Shown here piece by piece: positions 35,180-47,522 of a stretch of DNA of 64,000 nucleotides; the first letter of the stretch is position 1; the number at the start of each line of letters is the position of its first letter. This DNA comes from Candidatus Sumerlaeia bacterium (GTDB lineage: Bacteria > Sumerlaeota > Sumerlaeia > SLMS01 > JANRJK01), in assembly GCA_033764015.1 (NCBI GenBank), contig JANRJK010000013.1, positions 512,001 to 576,000 on the forward strand, read 5' to 3'. Made by a program: the position numbers and the translations under genes. Below the pieces are notes generated by a model that had not been told where the DNA came from, did not search any database, and saw only the letters and a program-made list of their open reading frames with translations.

Positions 35180-36657
35180 CCGCCCCCCCTGCCTTCCCGG
35201 TACGCCGCCTCGACGTCGGCGGCGGTGCGCGCCACGGCGCGGGCGGCGCCCAGCACCTGCTGGATCAACGCGTGGTGGCGCCCCTGCTCGCGGCTCAGGC
35301 GCCCCATCAGCTTCACCACGTCCGCGACGGCATCGAGGCGGCCCGAGGCGGCGAGGCGCTCCACGGCGATCTTGAGCACCGCGCCCGCGACCGTGGGATT
35401 GTTGTACGAGGCGATCTCGCTCGCGACGGCGAGCAGCCGCGGCGTGTCGCGCCAGTTCAGCGCGAGCGCCTCGCGGGCGGCGCGCTCCGCGCGGTCCGCC
35501 GCGCCGGACTGGACCGAGCGCCGGTAGGTTTCCATCCAGGAGGCGATCGCCTCCTCGTTGCGCCTCATGCGCCCGAGGATCCGCGCCTCGTGCTCGCGGA
35601 TCCGGCTGCTGTCCGGGTGGCGATGGAGCGCTTGGCGGACCTTTTCGAGCGCGTCGGAAAGCCGGTGTTGGTCGGCTAGATCATAGACCGTCGCTTCCCA
35701 TTCGATCCAAGGATCCCCCTCGGCGGAGTTGCTGTGCCGGGGGCGCTCGAACGGCAGCGCGATGTCGGCGGGGTCCTCCAGCACGCGGGGCGCGAGCGGG
35801 GGCGGCGCGGCCGACGGGGTTGGCCGGGCGGGCGGCGGGGGAGTCCACTCCGTCCGGACGGTCGCCGCCGCGGCAACGGCGGGCGCGGCCGCCACCGGTA
35901 CGGCGGGGGGGATCTTCCACTCCGCCGAGCCCGGGGCCGGCCGGGGCTCCTCGCCGCGCTGCTGCGGCGCGCGCGGGGCGGCGGCGTTCTGCTGGCGGTC
36001 GCGGCGCACCTCCTGGCGGATCAGGCGCTCCGTCTCCCGGGCGCGCTTGTTGTCCTCGTGGCGCGCCTTGCGCTCCTCGCGCGTCGGCGCGGGCGTCCTT
36101 GGCGCGGCCCGCTCCGCCGAGGACTGCACGCCCCTCATCTTGTCGAGCTGGAACACATCGTAGGAGAACGTCGAGGCGCGGCGCTCCAGCTCGTGGAATC
36201 CGTTCGGATCCAGCGGCGAGCGGAACTCGAGAGGCTGCATCCGGAGCAGCAGCCGCGCGGTGCCCGGCGTGGGCGGCTCCTCGCTTCCGACGCGCGACGG
36301 GTCCTGAAGCCACCAGAACGGCGTCAGCGGGGCCGTGATGCCGCGCAACTCGGTCGTGCGAAGCACGCGCTGGACGACATCGCCGATCCGCTCGAAGCCC
36401 GGCGGCGGCGCGGGACCCCCGCGCGACTGCACTACCGCGGAGCACTTCAGGAAGCTCCGCAGCGCCTTCGAGTGGTTCCCCAGCGCCAGCTCCGTCAGGC
36501 CGAGCGCGAAGCTCGCCGCGGCGTTCATGCGGTCGCGCTCCGCCACGGTGCGGATCTCGAGGCGCGCGAGCTGGTACATGCCCTTCTCGTAGAGGTTCGC
36601 CCAGCGGTCGAAGGTGTCGACCAGGACAAGGTTTCCGGCAGGTGCGGTGACAGGCAT
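35176..36657 (-). CDS. Hypothetical protein with N- and C-terminal TPR-like helical regions and a Pro/Ala-rich linker
   Basis: Strong AGGAGG RBS before the ATG at 36657. TPR-like segments ALGLTELALGNHSKALRSF and ALHRHPDS...ARILGRMRRNEEAI. Stop overlaps the tyrA start (GTGA). Confidence 0.7.
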   Translation of the reverse strand: MPVTAPAGNLVLVDTFDRWANLYEKGMYQLARLEIRTVAERDRMNAAASFALGLTELALGNHSKALRSFLKCSAVVQSRGGPAPPPGFERIGDVVQRVLRTTELRGITAPLTPFWWLQDPSRVGSEEPPTPGTARLLLRMQPLEFRSPLDPNGFHELERRASTFSYDVFQLDKMRGVQSSAERAAPRTPAPTREERKARHEDNKRARETERLIRQEVRRDRQQNAAAPRAPQQRGEEPRPAPGSAEWKIPPAVPVAAAPAVAAAATVRTEWTPPPPARPTPSAAPPPLAPRVLEDPADIALPFERPRHSNSAEGDPWIEWEATVYDLADQHRLSDALEKVRQALHRHPDSSRIREHEARILGRMRRNEEAIASWMETYRRSVQSGAADRAERAAREALALNWRDTPRLLAVASEIASYNNPTVAGAVLKIAVERLAASGRLDAVADVVKLMGRLSREQGRHHALIQQVLGAARAVARTAADVEAAYREGRGGG

Positions 36658-36729
36658 CGGACTCCTCCTAGCGGGGCTGCCACCAGCAAGCGGGGAAAGG
36701 GGCCGCCCCCGCAAGGCCAAGCGGTCCGG

Positions 36730-39700
36730 TCAGCGCGGGCGCTCCGCGGAGAGGAAGTCCTCGAAGGTGCCCACGCGGGGGTCGTAGCGGCGCGCCGCGT
36801 CGAGGAACCGCCTCGCCTGCGCTTCCCGGCCCGAGCGCAGGTACGCCTCCGCCATCAGGCGGTTCAGCGCCGAACCGACGCTGTCCGTCGCCGGGTCGCC
36901 GGTGGGGGCGCCGAGGCGCTCGACCACGCGCGCGACCACGCCAACCGCGTCCTCGTAGCGCTCCTGCATGAGGTAGACGGTGCCGAGGCTGTGCGCCAAC
37001 CACACCACGTTGCTGTCCAGGCGGCCGAGGTTGCGCTCGACGATGGCGCGCAGGTCTCGGAAATCGAGCAGCCGCTTGATCGAAACGTCGTCCGGCGCGA
37101 GGCGGTCCGCGTCGATGTAGTGCCGCGCGGCGAGCGCGAAGTCGTGCTTGCGGAAGGCGATGTGCCCTTCGAACAGCACGGCGTGGGCCGCCTGCAGCGC
37201 GTCGAGCCGCGCGCCGTCCCGGGTGGCGTCGGGCAGGTTGTCGGCCACGTCGCGGACGGGCACCTGCGCGCGGTAAAGCTTGCGCATGTTGTACGCGAGC
37301 GGCGCGGGCCCGTAGCCGAAGCGCGGGCTCTCGAATTCGATCAGCGGGTGGTTCTCCGTGTTGATCGGTCCGTCGCCGAGGTAGCCGCGGACGCTGCGGG
37401 CGTCCGCCACGAAGCAGGAGATCAGCTTCAGCGGGTCCTGCAGGCTCAGCAGGTCGATGTCCTCCTGGATCGAGGGGATCGCGAGCGCGCGGGCGACGCG
37501 CGGGTAGTCGATGCGGAGCGGCCCCTTGCCGCCGATCAGAAGGCAATAGTGCGTGGGCTCGTTCGGGAAGAACCACACGGTCATGTCGGGGAAGACGCGC
37601 TCGAAGGTGCGCAGCGCCATGCGGAACGCGCGGTCGCTCAGGCCGCCGAGCGGCATCCACACCACCACCAGGCCGTCGTCCGTGATCGCCTCGCGGCAGA
37701 GCGTGAAGTATTCGAGGTCGTACAGGTTCGCGTTCGACTTGTAGCGCAGGTCCGTGCAGTCCGTCGCGATCACATCGTACTTCAACTCCGTGAAGTGCAG
37801 GTACGCGCGAGCGTCGTCGAGCAGCACGCGGAAGCGCGGATCGAACGTCAGGAAGCCCGGGGCCGCGCGGTGGGTGTAGGCGGAGAGCGGGTGGCGGGCG
37901 CCGGGCAGCCGCTCGAGCCCCCCCGCGCGGGCGCGCTCGACGACGCGCTCCTCGTACACGATGCCGTGGCTCGCCTTCGTGAGCTCCCGCGCGGCGGAGA
38001 GCACCTCCGGCGAAATCTCGATCGTGTGGATCTCGGCGAGCTCCGGGTACTGCGTGTAGCTCCACGACGCGCCGCCGGCGCCGAAGCCGACCGACAGCAC
38101 GCGCGTCGCCTCGCCGCCGAGCAGCGCCATCGGCATATGCGCCAGCGTCTTCTGGTCCGTCTGCAGGATGCGGTCCGTGCCGGCCACGCCGACATCGTCC
38201 ACGTAGATCGTGCGCTCGCCCGCCTTGTCCTCCACGACCGATACCGTGGCGGTGGGGCCCTCCTTGTAGAAGACGATCGTCTCGTCTCCTTGGATGCGCT
38301 GGAACGGGTGCTGGTTCGCGAGCCCCCACACGCGGGCGAGCAGGAGCGCGCTTGCGAGCGCCGCGGCCGGCGCAAGCCACGCGCGGCCCGGGAGTTCCTC
38401 CCGCGCCGCCAGCGCGATGCCGGCGACGCCGATCGCCAGGTACATCCCTGTGAACACCGTGATGCAGGTGCCGATCCCGAACAGCGGAATCAGCACGAAG
38501 CCCGACAGGAAGGAACCGAAGATCGCGCCCACGGTGTTCGCCGCGTAGAGCCGGCCCACGTCGCCGCCGAGGCCGGCGCGCTCGCGCACCACGAGCGCCG
38601 TCGCGATCGGGAAACCCACACCCATCAGGAACGTCGGCAGCAGGATCGCCGCCGCCGTTCGGAAGAGGACGTTGCCGACCGCGAGCGGCCAGTTCAGCAC
38701 TTCGTTCTCGATGTCGGTGATGCCGATGCGCAGATCGGTGATGATGAAGAACGAGAGGGCCGCGCCGAGACCGACGCCCAGTTGGAGCAGCGCGTACGCC
38801 GTGAGCAGGTGCCGCACGCGGGAAACGAAGCGCTCCATCAACGCCGAGCCGAACGCGAGGCCCAGCAGGAACACGAGCAGCATCCCGCTGAAGGAGTAGG
38901 TCGTGGCCTTCAGCGTGTCGAAGCTGTAGATCAACGCCCGGAACCAGCACACTTGGAGGCCCAGCGCAGCGAGCCCGCTGAAAACGTAGGTGGCGAGGAC
39001 GAAGCGCCGCGCGGGCGACGGCGCGGGCTTGGGCTCCCGGGTACCCGGCTCCGACCCCGCCCGCCGTGCGACGAAGTGGCGGCCGCCCAGCACCACCGCC
39101 AACGCGCCGAACGCGATGTTCACCAGCGCCGTCACGGCCAGCGTCTGGAAGACTCCCAGGTGCTCGATCAGCAGGAAACCCGAAAGGAACACGCCGGCGC
39201 ACGCGCCCGATGTGTGGAGCGCGTAGAGCCGGCCCACGGGCTGGCCGAAGGTGCGGGCATGCGCCGAGTACGCCTTCGACAGCACCGGCAGGCACGCGCC
39301 CATCAGCGTGGTCGGCACCAGCATCAGCACGAACACCAGGATGAACCGCACCAGTGTGAACACGTGGAAATGCGTGTCGCCTCCGGTGGCGTAGAGGGCT
39401 CCCACGATGGGTTCGGTCAGCCTCAGCGCGAACGGGAACAGCAGTGCCGTCGCGCCGACGCCGATCTCGAGCCAGCCATACAGCCTGAGCGGCTTCTCCA
39501 CGCGGTCCGCCCGCCGCCCGAGCGCCCACGCGCCGAGCGCCAGCCCACCCATGAAGCTGGTCAGCACCGTCGCCACCGCGTACAGCGATGCGCCGAAGAA
39601 GTTCACCAGCGCGCGCGTCCAGACAACCTCGTAAACGAGGCTCGCAGCGCCGCTGAGGAAGAAGATCCCCGCGACGAGCGGAAAGAGCCAGCGCGGCGGG

Positions 39701-39753
39701 GGGGAGCCCTCCGCCGCGCCTTCCAAGTCGTTCCTGCTTGCCGGGTCCGCCAC
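36730..39753 (-). CDS. Fused membrane (MFS-like, duplicated) / spermidine synthase-like methyltransferase-fold protein with C-terminal TPR-like helices
   Basis: FFLSGAASLVYEVVWTR, FMGGLALG, LYGWLEIGVG, PTTLMGA, GRLYAANTVGAI.GS, KEGPTATVSV, VGFGAG, IEISPEV, DDARAYL, YDVIATD, NLY..EYF, NTENHPLIEF. GTG at 39753 lies just after the gyrA stop. Confidence 0.85.
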   Translation of the reverse strand: MADPASRNDLEGAAEGSPPPRWLFPLVAGIFFLSGAASLVYEVVWTRALVNFFGASLYAVATVLTSFMGGLALGAWALGRRADRVEKPLRLYGWLEIGVGATALLFPFALRLTEPIVGALYATGGDTHFHVFTLVRFILVFVLMLVPTTLMGACLPVLSKAYSAHARTFGQPVGRLYALHTSGACAGVFLSGFLLIEHLGVFQTLAVTALVNIAFGALAVVLGGRHFVARRAGSEPGTREPKPAPSPARRFVLATYVFSGLAALGLQVCWFRALIYSFDTLKATTYSFSGMLLVFLLGLAFGSALMERFVSRVRHLLTAYALLQLGVGLGAALSFFIITDLRIGITDIENEVLNWPLAVGNVLFRTAAAILLPTFLMGVGFPIATALVVRERAGLGGDVGRLYAANTVGAIFGSFLSGFVLIPLFGIGTCITVFTGMYLAIGVAGIALAAREELPGRAWLAPAAALASALLLARVWGLANQHPFQRIQGDETIVFYKEGPTATVSVVEDKAGERTIYVDDVGVAGTDRILQTDQKTLAHMPMALLGGEATRVLSVGFGAGGASWSYTQYPELAEIHTIEISPEVLSAARELTKASHGIVYEERVVERARAGGLERLPGARHPLSAYTHRAAPGFLTFDPRFRVLLDDARAYLHFTELKYDVIATDCTDLRYKSNANLYDLEYFTLCREAITDDGLVVVWMPLGGLSDRAFRMALRTFERVFPDMTVWFFPNEPTHYCLLIGGKGPLRIDYPRVARALAIPSIQEDIDLLSLQDPLKLISCFVADARSVRGYLGDGPINTENHPLIEFESPRFGYGPAPLAYNMRKLYRAQVPVRDVADNLPDATRDGARLDALQAAHAVLFEGHIAFRKHDFALAARHYIDADRLAPDDVSIKRLLDFRDLRAIVERNLGRLDSNVVWLAHSLGTVYLMQERYEDAVGVVARVVERLGAPTGDPATDSVGSALNRLMAEAYLRSGREAQARRFLDAARRYDPRVGTFEDFLSAERPR

Positions 39754-39764
39754 GCGTCGCACCG

Positions 39765-42266
<2,502 letters not shown>

Positions 42267-42471
42267 GCGTCTCTACGGGATCGGGATCGGGGAAGGGGGC
42301 GGGGCCGCCGCGGCGCCGCGCGGGACCGCCAGAGTCGCGCCCCCGGCCCCGCCGCCACAAGGGGGAAGGTGCCCCCGCCCGCGCGCGCCCGGAGGCGCTT
42401 CTCCGCTTGTGGCCCCGGACCCGTTCCGCCACGTTTGCGCCATCAGAAGCCTTTCCTCCCCGGGGGTTCCC

Positions 42472-43125
42472 ATGCGCCGCTACGCGATGCCCGCTATCGT
42501 CCTGCTCGCCTCCGCGCTCGCCGCCTGCTCGCGCGCGCCGATGCCGTCAGCGACCGTCAACGACGAGTTCGATCCCTACGCCGTTGTCGCCCTGGGCCCC
42601 GTTTCCTACACCACCCCGCACGGCGTGCGCGTCGACCGGCTCTCCCGCGGCGAGGTCCGCCACAGCTTCACCGCGAACCCGGCGATCGCGGCGCGCGTCC
42701 GCTTCGACGCCAACCCGCCCAGCGACCTGAAGATCGACGCCGAGCGCCTCGGCCGCGAGTTCCAGTCCACCCTCGACGGCGGCCCCGTGCTCTCCACGCA
42801 GCACGCCTTCCGCGGCACGGCGGAAACCGTGAAGATGCAGGTGCGCGGCGCCGACAGCGAAGGCGCGCCCACGCATGGCACGCTCATCGTCCTACGCAAG
42901 GACAACAGCACCGTCGCCGTCTCCGCGACCGGACCCGCCGATCAGTCGGCCGACGTGGACTCCGCCGCGGAGCGGCTGGCCGACACGATCAGCTTCACCC
43001 CGGACGGCACCCCCGCCAAGCGCTCCAGCGCCATGGCCGACGAGGCGGAGTCGATCCGTTCGGAGCAGGAAGCCGCCGCCGCCAAGGAAGTACTGGGCGA
43101 GACACCGCTCAACCCCCGCCGCTAG
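42472..43125 (+). CDS. Hypothetical lipoprotein
   Basis: Signal peptide II MRRYAMPAIVLLASALAAC and typical codon bias. No family recognised. Confidence 0.7.
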   Translation: MRRYAMPAIVLLASALAACSRAPMPSATVNDEFDPYAVVALGPVSYTTPHGVRVDRLSRGEVRHSFTANPAIAARVRFDANPPSDLKIDAERLGREFQSTLDGGPVLSTQHAFRGTAETVKMQVRGADSEGAPTHGTLIVLRKDNSTVAVSATGPADQSADVDSAAERLADTISFTPDGTPAKRSSAMADEAESIRSEQEAAAAKEVLGETPLNPRR

Positions 43126-43134
43126 GGCGGCGCA

Positions 43135-43902
43135 TTAGCGAACGTGCAGCGATCCCGCCGGGCGCCCCGTCGCGCGCTGGCGGCAGTCCATGCAGAGCAG
43201 CGTTTCCAACTCGAAGATCGTCGCATGTCCGCCGGAGAAGCGGATCGCGATCCGGTCCCCCTCGCCGAGCGGCACCGGCTCGAGGTTGTTGTCGTCCACC
43301 AGCACCGCGGGGCCCCGCTCGATCTCGACCTCGACCAGCGCGTCCTCGTTCAGGACCAAGTGATTCACCGCTTCCGTCGAGTTGTTGAACGCCAGTCCCA
43401 ACCCTACCCGGATCACTGAATTCGTGATGGAGCGGTAGTACGCCGTCGAGCCGAACGGGGTGCTCGCTACCAGCCCGTCCCCCACGATCACGTCGCTGTA
43501 CGGCGCCCCGTCGATCCAGACACGGTAGCGCACCGCCGAGGTGACCTTCGCGTTGTGCAGCACCACGTCGTTCACGGCGATCAGCCGCCTCTCGCCGACG
43601 CGCGCCTCGAGCAGCGGCAGCCTCGTGACGGACTGCTCCCCGCGCGCCAAGCGCCCGAATAGCGCAGCGTTCTGGTGGCGCGCGCACTTGATGTAGCGGG
43701 CGTCCGGCCTTACCGGAACTTTCGGGACGCCGGGGTGGTCCCGCTCCGCGCCGATCAGCGTCCCGTCGCCTCCGTGGCAGACGATCGCGTCCGCATCCTG
43801 CGGGGCGTCGGCGACCGCGATACCGGCCGCGGCGAACTCCTCCACGAGCGAACCGGTCTCGCGGCCCACGAGGAACACACGTCGGATGGGAGGCGCAGCC
43901 AT
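43135..43902 (-). CDS. nadK: NAD(+) kinase family protein
   Basis: GGDGT, AVNDVV, GDGLVASTPFGSTAY. Confidence 0.82.
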   Translation of the reverse strand: MAAPPIRRVFLVGRETGSLVEEFAAAGIAVADAPQDADAIVCHGGDGTLIGAERDHPGVPKVPVRPDARYIKCARHQNAALFGRLARGEQSVTRLPLLEARVGERRLIAVNDVVLHNAKVTSAVRYRVWIDGAPYSDVIVGDGLVASTPFGSTAYYRSITNSVIRVGLGLAFNNSTEAVNHLVLNEDALVEVEIERGPAVLVDDNNLEPVPLGEGDRIAIRFSGGHATIFELETLLCMDCRQRATGRPAGSLHVR

Positions 43903-43954
43903 GGTCCGCCGAGTGGACGGCGCGCGCCGCTAGGGGTCAATGCCCGCGCCGCCC

Positions 43955-44464
43955 CTACGCGAAGCCCTTCTTCCTCAGCTCTTCCAGCACATGCGGCGGC
44001 AGGTTCGTGGCGATCTTCGAGAGGTCCTTGGCGTTCGGATCCCGCGGCGGCGGCGGGGGAGCGGAAAGCTCGACCTGCATCGGCGGCGCCGTCGGCGGGT
44101 CGGGAAGCGGCGCGGCCACGCCCCGCGGCGAGGCGCCGACCGCTTCGCGACGGTGCGCCATCGGGATCGGCCCGAGGTCCTGCACCGGGCGTGTCTCGAT
44201 GCGCTCGTAGGACGCTTCGACACGGTGGCAGCCGCCCACGGACTCGAGGCGCTCGTGCTGGCTGTCCATGCGCGCGATCTCCTGCGCGAGCGCGACCGCG
44301 TGCTGGTACGACGCCTGGAGGTCCTTCTTGAGTTCGCGCACCGACGTGGCGGCGCGCCCCGTCTGGGGCCACGTGCGCGAGAGCTTCATCATCTCCTCCA
44401 CGTCCTTGCGGAGGAGTTCAATATCCTGAATGATCTTGGCGGCGGTGTGCCCGCGTTCCGACAT
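43955..44464 (-). CDS. Hypothetical protein (N-terminal coiled coil, Pro-rich middle, short C-terminal helix)
   Basis: GGAG RBS before the ATG; typical codon bias; co-oriented upstream of the NAD kinase. Confidence 0.65.
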   Translation of the reverse strand: MSERGHTAAKIIQDIELLRKDVEEMMKLSRTWPQTGRAATSVRELKKDLQASYQHAVALAQEIARMDSQHERLESVGGCHRVEASYERIETRPVQDLGPIPMAHRREAVGASPRGVAAPLPDPPTAPPMQVELSAPPPPPRDPNAKDLSKIATNLPPHVLEELRKKGFA

Positions 44465-44555
44465 GGCCCATCTCCCTGGTGTCCGAGTGCGCTACCGGAA
44501 CTGAACATACCCGGTGCGCCCGGCGATTCCAAGGCGAAATTGCCCTTGCGCCGCC

Positions 44556-44586
44556 AAAAAAAGGCGGGGCCCGCGAAGGCCCCGCC
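44556..44586 (-). terminator. Rho-independent terminator after the secreted-protein gene
   Basis: On the minus strand GGCGGGGCC-TTCGCG-GGCCCCGCC followed by TTTTTTT. Confidence 0.85.
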
Positions 44587-44612
44587 CAAGTCCGCGCCGG
44601 GAAGGCCGGAGG

Positions 44613-45458
44613 TTACATCAGGTACCAGTTAGAGACGTCGGCAGCAGCCTGAAGGGTGTAGGACGCTGCGGTGATGTTCAGACCCGTTGCGTCGTAGTTG
44701 AGGCCGGGACCGTCGCCGCCACCGCTTCCATTACGGCCGTAGCAGGCCGGGACCACGTTGGGAGACTGGGGCAGGACCTGATTGGTCAGGTATGTCGTGT
44801 TCTGCGCACCACCACCACCCGAATTGCCCATCACCAAGAACACCCGGATGATACTGAGGGTGGAGGGGCTTCCGATTTCGGTGCGGGGAATCTGGAGTTC
44901 GATGCCGGTCGATACCGTGCCCGCGGCCCAAGGGGTCGCTGTCGTGTTCGAATTGTCGGTGAAGACCTTGTAGCCGGCGCCGTTGGCAACGTTCGACGCC
45001 CAGTTGTTGCCCACGAAGTTGGCTGTGTTCGCCTGAACGTTCCAGCGGCCAAGGCCGCGCTCGAACTCCTTCAGATTGTAGATGTAGTCCACTTCGAAGC
45101 CGCTCGGCATGTTGCCACCACCGGTCGCCGCGAGCACCTCAAACTCCCCGTATGCGGGGGATGCCGCGACGTTCGTGGCACCGCCAGACAGGGTGTCGAA
45201 AAAGAGATAAACGCTGTCGTTCTGTAGGTCGCCTGCGATGCCGACGTAGAGGTTCGCGTTGTCGTTGGCGAGGAAGAGCTCGCCCGCGCGAATGCCGGTG
45301 CCAAAGCACGAGTCGCCCGCCGTTTGCAGCGCGACCGAGGTATAGTCCGTGGTGCTGATCCCGGTGCCGTCGATCACGACGTCGGCGGTGAACTTGGCCT
45401 GCGCCGCGCCGCCGCAAACCGCCAGCGCCGCTGCTGTTGCCAAAAGGTTACGCATCAT
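44613..45458 (-). CDS. Secreted beta-rich protein of unknown function with C-terminal AADVSNWYLM motif
   Basis: Signal peptide MMRNLLATAAALAVCGGAAQA, GGAG RBS, Gly/Asn/Thr-rich body, own terminator. Confidence 0.8.
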   Translation of the reverse strand: MMRNLLATAAALAVCGGAAQAKFTADVVIDGTGISTTDYTSVALQTAGDSCFGTGIRAGELFLANDNANLYVGIAGDLQNDSVYLFFDTLSGGATNVAASPAYGEFEVLAATGGGNMPSGFEVDYIYNLKEFERGLGRWNVQANTANFVGNNWASNVANGAGYKVFTDNSNTTATPWAAGTVSTGIELQIPRTEIGSPSTLSIIRVFLVMGNSGGGGAQNTTYLTNQVLPQSPNVVPACYGRNGSGGGDGPGLNYDATGLNITAASYTLQAAADVSNWYLM

Positions 45459-45514
45459 GTGAGGTTGCTCCTGCCAGGGAGTGGAGTGGATCGTGCGATC
45501 CGTGATGGTTGAAG

Positions 45515-45544
45515 GGTTTATCGAGGCCGGGGTCCCCCTGTCAA
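45515..45544 (-). promoter_or_regulatory. Putative sigma70 promoter of the secreted-protein gene
   Basis: Minus-strand TTGACA (45544-45539), 18-nt spacer, weak -10 TAAACC. Confidence 0.4.
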
Positions 45545-45640
45545 ACCCTTTATCCACCCCAAGGCGGAAAAAACGACGTACCCGGACCGCCATTGTCCCG
45601 ATCCTCGCAAAGCACGCTAAATCCAAGGAATCTCGCGCCC

Positions 45641-46759
45641 ATGACCGCCCACACGGCACCCGCAACCGTCCAGCCCTACGCCGGCCTGATCCACCGCTAC
45701 CGCGAACACCTGCCGGTGTCCGACAAGACGCCGGTGATTTCTCTCTGCGAAGGCAACACGCCCCTCGTACCCCTGCCCGCCCTCTCGCGCGAACTCGGCC
45801 CCGGCGTTGAAGCCTACGCCAAGTACGAGGGCCTCAACCCCACCGGCAGCTTCAAGGACCGCGGCATGACGATGGCCGTCTCGAAGGCGGTCGAGGAAGG
45901 CTCCCGCGCGGTCATCTGCGCCTCCACCGGCAACACCTCCGCCAGCGCCGCCGCCTACGCCGCGCGCGCCGGAATCCGCTGCGCCGTCCTGATCCCCAGC
46001 GGCAAGAACGTCGCCCTCGGCAAGCTCGCCCAGGCCGCCATGCACGGCGCCACCGTGGTCCGCATCGAGGGCAACTTCGACGAGGCGCTCGACCTCGTCC
46101 GCGACATCTCCCGCTCGCACCCGATCACGCTGGTCAACTCCGTGAACCCGTACCGCATCGAGGGGCAGAAGACCGGAGCCTTCGAGATCTGCGACCAGCT
46201 TGGCGGCGTGGCGCCGCACCTGCACTGCATTCCCGTCGGCAACGCGGGAAACATCACCGCGTACTGGCGCGGCTACCGCCAGTGGGCCGAGGCCGGGCGC
46301 ATCGATAGCCTGCCGCGCATGTGGGGCTTCCAGGCCGCCGGCGCCGCGCCGATCGTGCAGCGCCGCCGCGTCGAGCACCCCGAGACCATCGCCACCGCGA
46401 TCCGCATCGGCAACCCGGCCTCGTGGTGTTGCGCGCGCTGCGCCCGCGACGAAAGCCGCGGCCTGATCGACAGCGTCACCGACACGGAGATCACCGCCGC
46501 CTACCAGTTCCTCGCCGCCAAGGAAGGCGTCTTCTGCGAGCCCTCCTCCGCCGCCTCCGTGGCGGGCCTGCTGAAGATGAAGGCGCAGGGCGTCTTCGAC
46601 CGCGCCCGGGCGGAGATCGCCGCGGACACGCTCCGCATCGTCTGCGTCCTGACGGGCCACGGCTTGAAGGACCCGGACTACGCCGTCGAGACGGCTTCGA
46701 AGCCGGTCGTGGTGCCGGCGGAGATGGGCGCCGTGCTGGGGGTGCTGGGAATGGCGTAG
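45641..46759 (+). CDS. thrC: Threonine synthase
   Basis: [80 protein letters not shown]. Confidence 0.95.
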   Translation: MTAHTAPATVQPYAGLIHRYREHLPVSDKTPVISLCEGNTPLVPLPALSRELGPGVEAYAKYEGLNPTGSFKDRGMTMAVSKAVEEGSRAVICASTGNTSASAAAYAARAGIRCAVLIPSGKNVALGKLAQAAMHGATVVRIEGNFDEALDLVRDISRSHPITLVNSVNPYRIEGQKTGAFEICDQLGGVAPHLHCIPVGNAGNITAYWRGYRQWAEAGRIDSLPRMWGFQAAGAAPIVQRRRVEHPETIATAIRIGNPASWCCARCARDESRGLIDSVTDTEITAAYQFLAAKEGVFCEPSSAASVAGLLKMKAQGVFDRARAEIAADTLRIVCVLTGHGLKDPDYAVETASKPVVVPAEMGAVLGVLGMA

Positions 46760-46878
46760 CGGTTTAGCCAACCCATTTTTGCGAATGGCGTTGACTCGGC
46801 TCGACCGCTTTCCGCGAATCCGCGAGTGTCCGCTTTAGCAGTTCATTCGTGCGCGTCCGACGCAGGAACCCACCCGAC

Positions 46879-47358
46879 ATGTTGAAGGTCCAAACTCGAC
46901 TGGATCGGAGTACGATCCAAGGTCTCGGCCTGTACGCAGCCGAGTTCATCCCCCAGGGGACGATCGTCTGGGAGTACCACCCCGACATCGATCTCGTCTA
47001 CCCCGCGGCGAAGGTCCGCACGCTGGCCGACCACCGGCTGCGCAACTTCCTGTGCATCTACGCCTACTACAGCCGGCGGGTGGGTGGGTACATCCTCTGC
47101 GGAGACCACGCGCGCTTCGTGAACCACTCCGAGTCCGCCAACCTCACCGGCGGCCCCGGCGAGGTCTCCGTCGCCAACCGCGACATCCACGAGGGCGAGG
47201 AGATCACGGACGACTACTTCACGTACGACCGGCCGGAGGGGGACGAATACGTCGAGGAGTTCTTCGCCTTCGAACACCTCCTCCGCCCCGCCTTCCGCCA
47301 GAACGGCCACACCCACAGCAACGGGGCCTCCCAGCACCACGGGATTCCCGCCCGCTAA
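46879..47358 (+). CDS. SET domain-containing protein (putative lysine N-methyltransferase)
   Basis: STIQGLGLYAAEFIPQGTIVWEY, ARFVNHS..AN, ANRDIHEGEEITDDY are the SET signature motifs. Confidence 0.88.
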   Translation: MLKVQTRLDRSTIQGLGLYAAEFIPQGTIVWEYHPDIDLVYPAAKVRTLADHRLRNFLCIYAYYSRRVGGYILCGDHARFVNHSESANLTGGPGEVSVANRDIHEGEEITDDYFTYDRPEGDEYVEEFFAFEHLLRPAFRQNGHTHSNGASQHHGIPAR

Positions 47359-47522
47359 CCCCTTCGCCATGGAAGACACCGAGCGCGAGACATACATGCC
47401 ACCACCGGCTTGATCCTCGACATCCAACCAGCATCGCGCCGGGGCCCCCGCAACGGGTCCCCGGCGGTTTCCGCCAGCGCTCGGCGACGAGTCACCACCG
47501 GCTCACCCACATAGGCACTCCC

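Noticed and set aside
47369..47413. Mini-ORF MEDTERETYMPPPA between the SET and methyltransferase/ATP-grasp genes, as a possible precursor peptide
   Set aside because: No RBS, only 14 codons and no lysine for a SET enzyme. It cannot be supported without conservation data.
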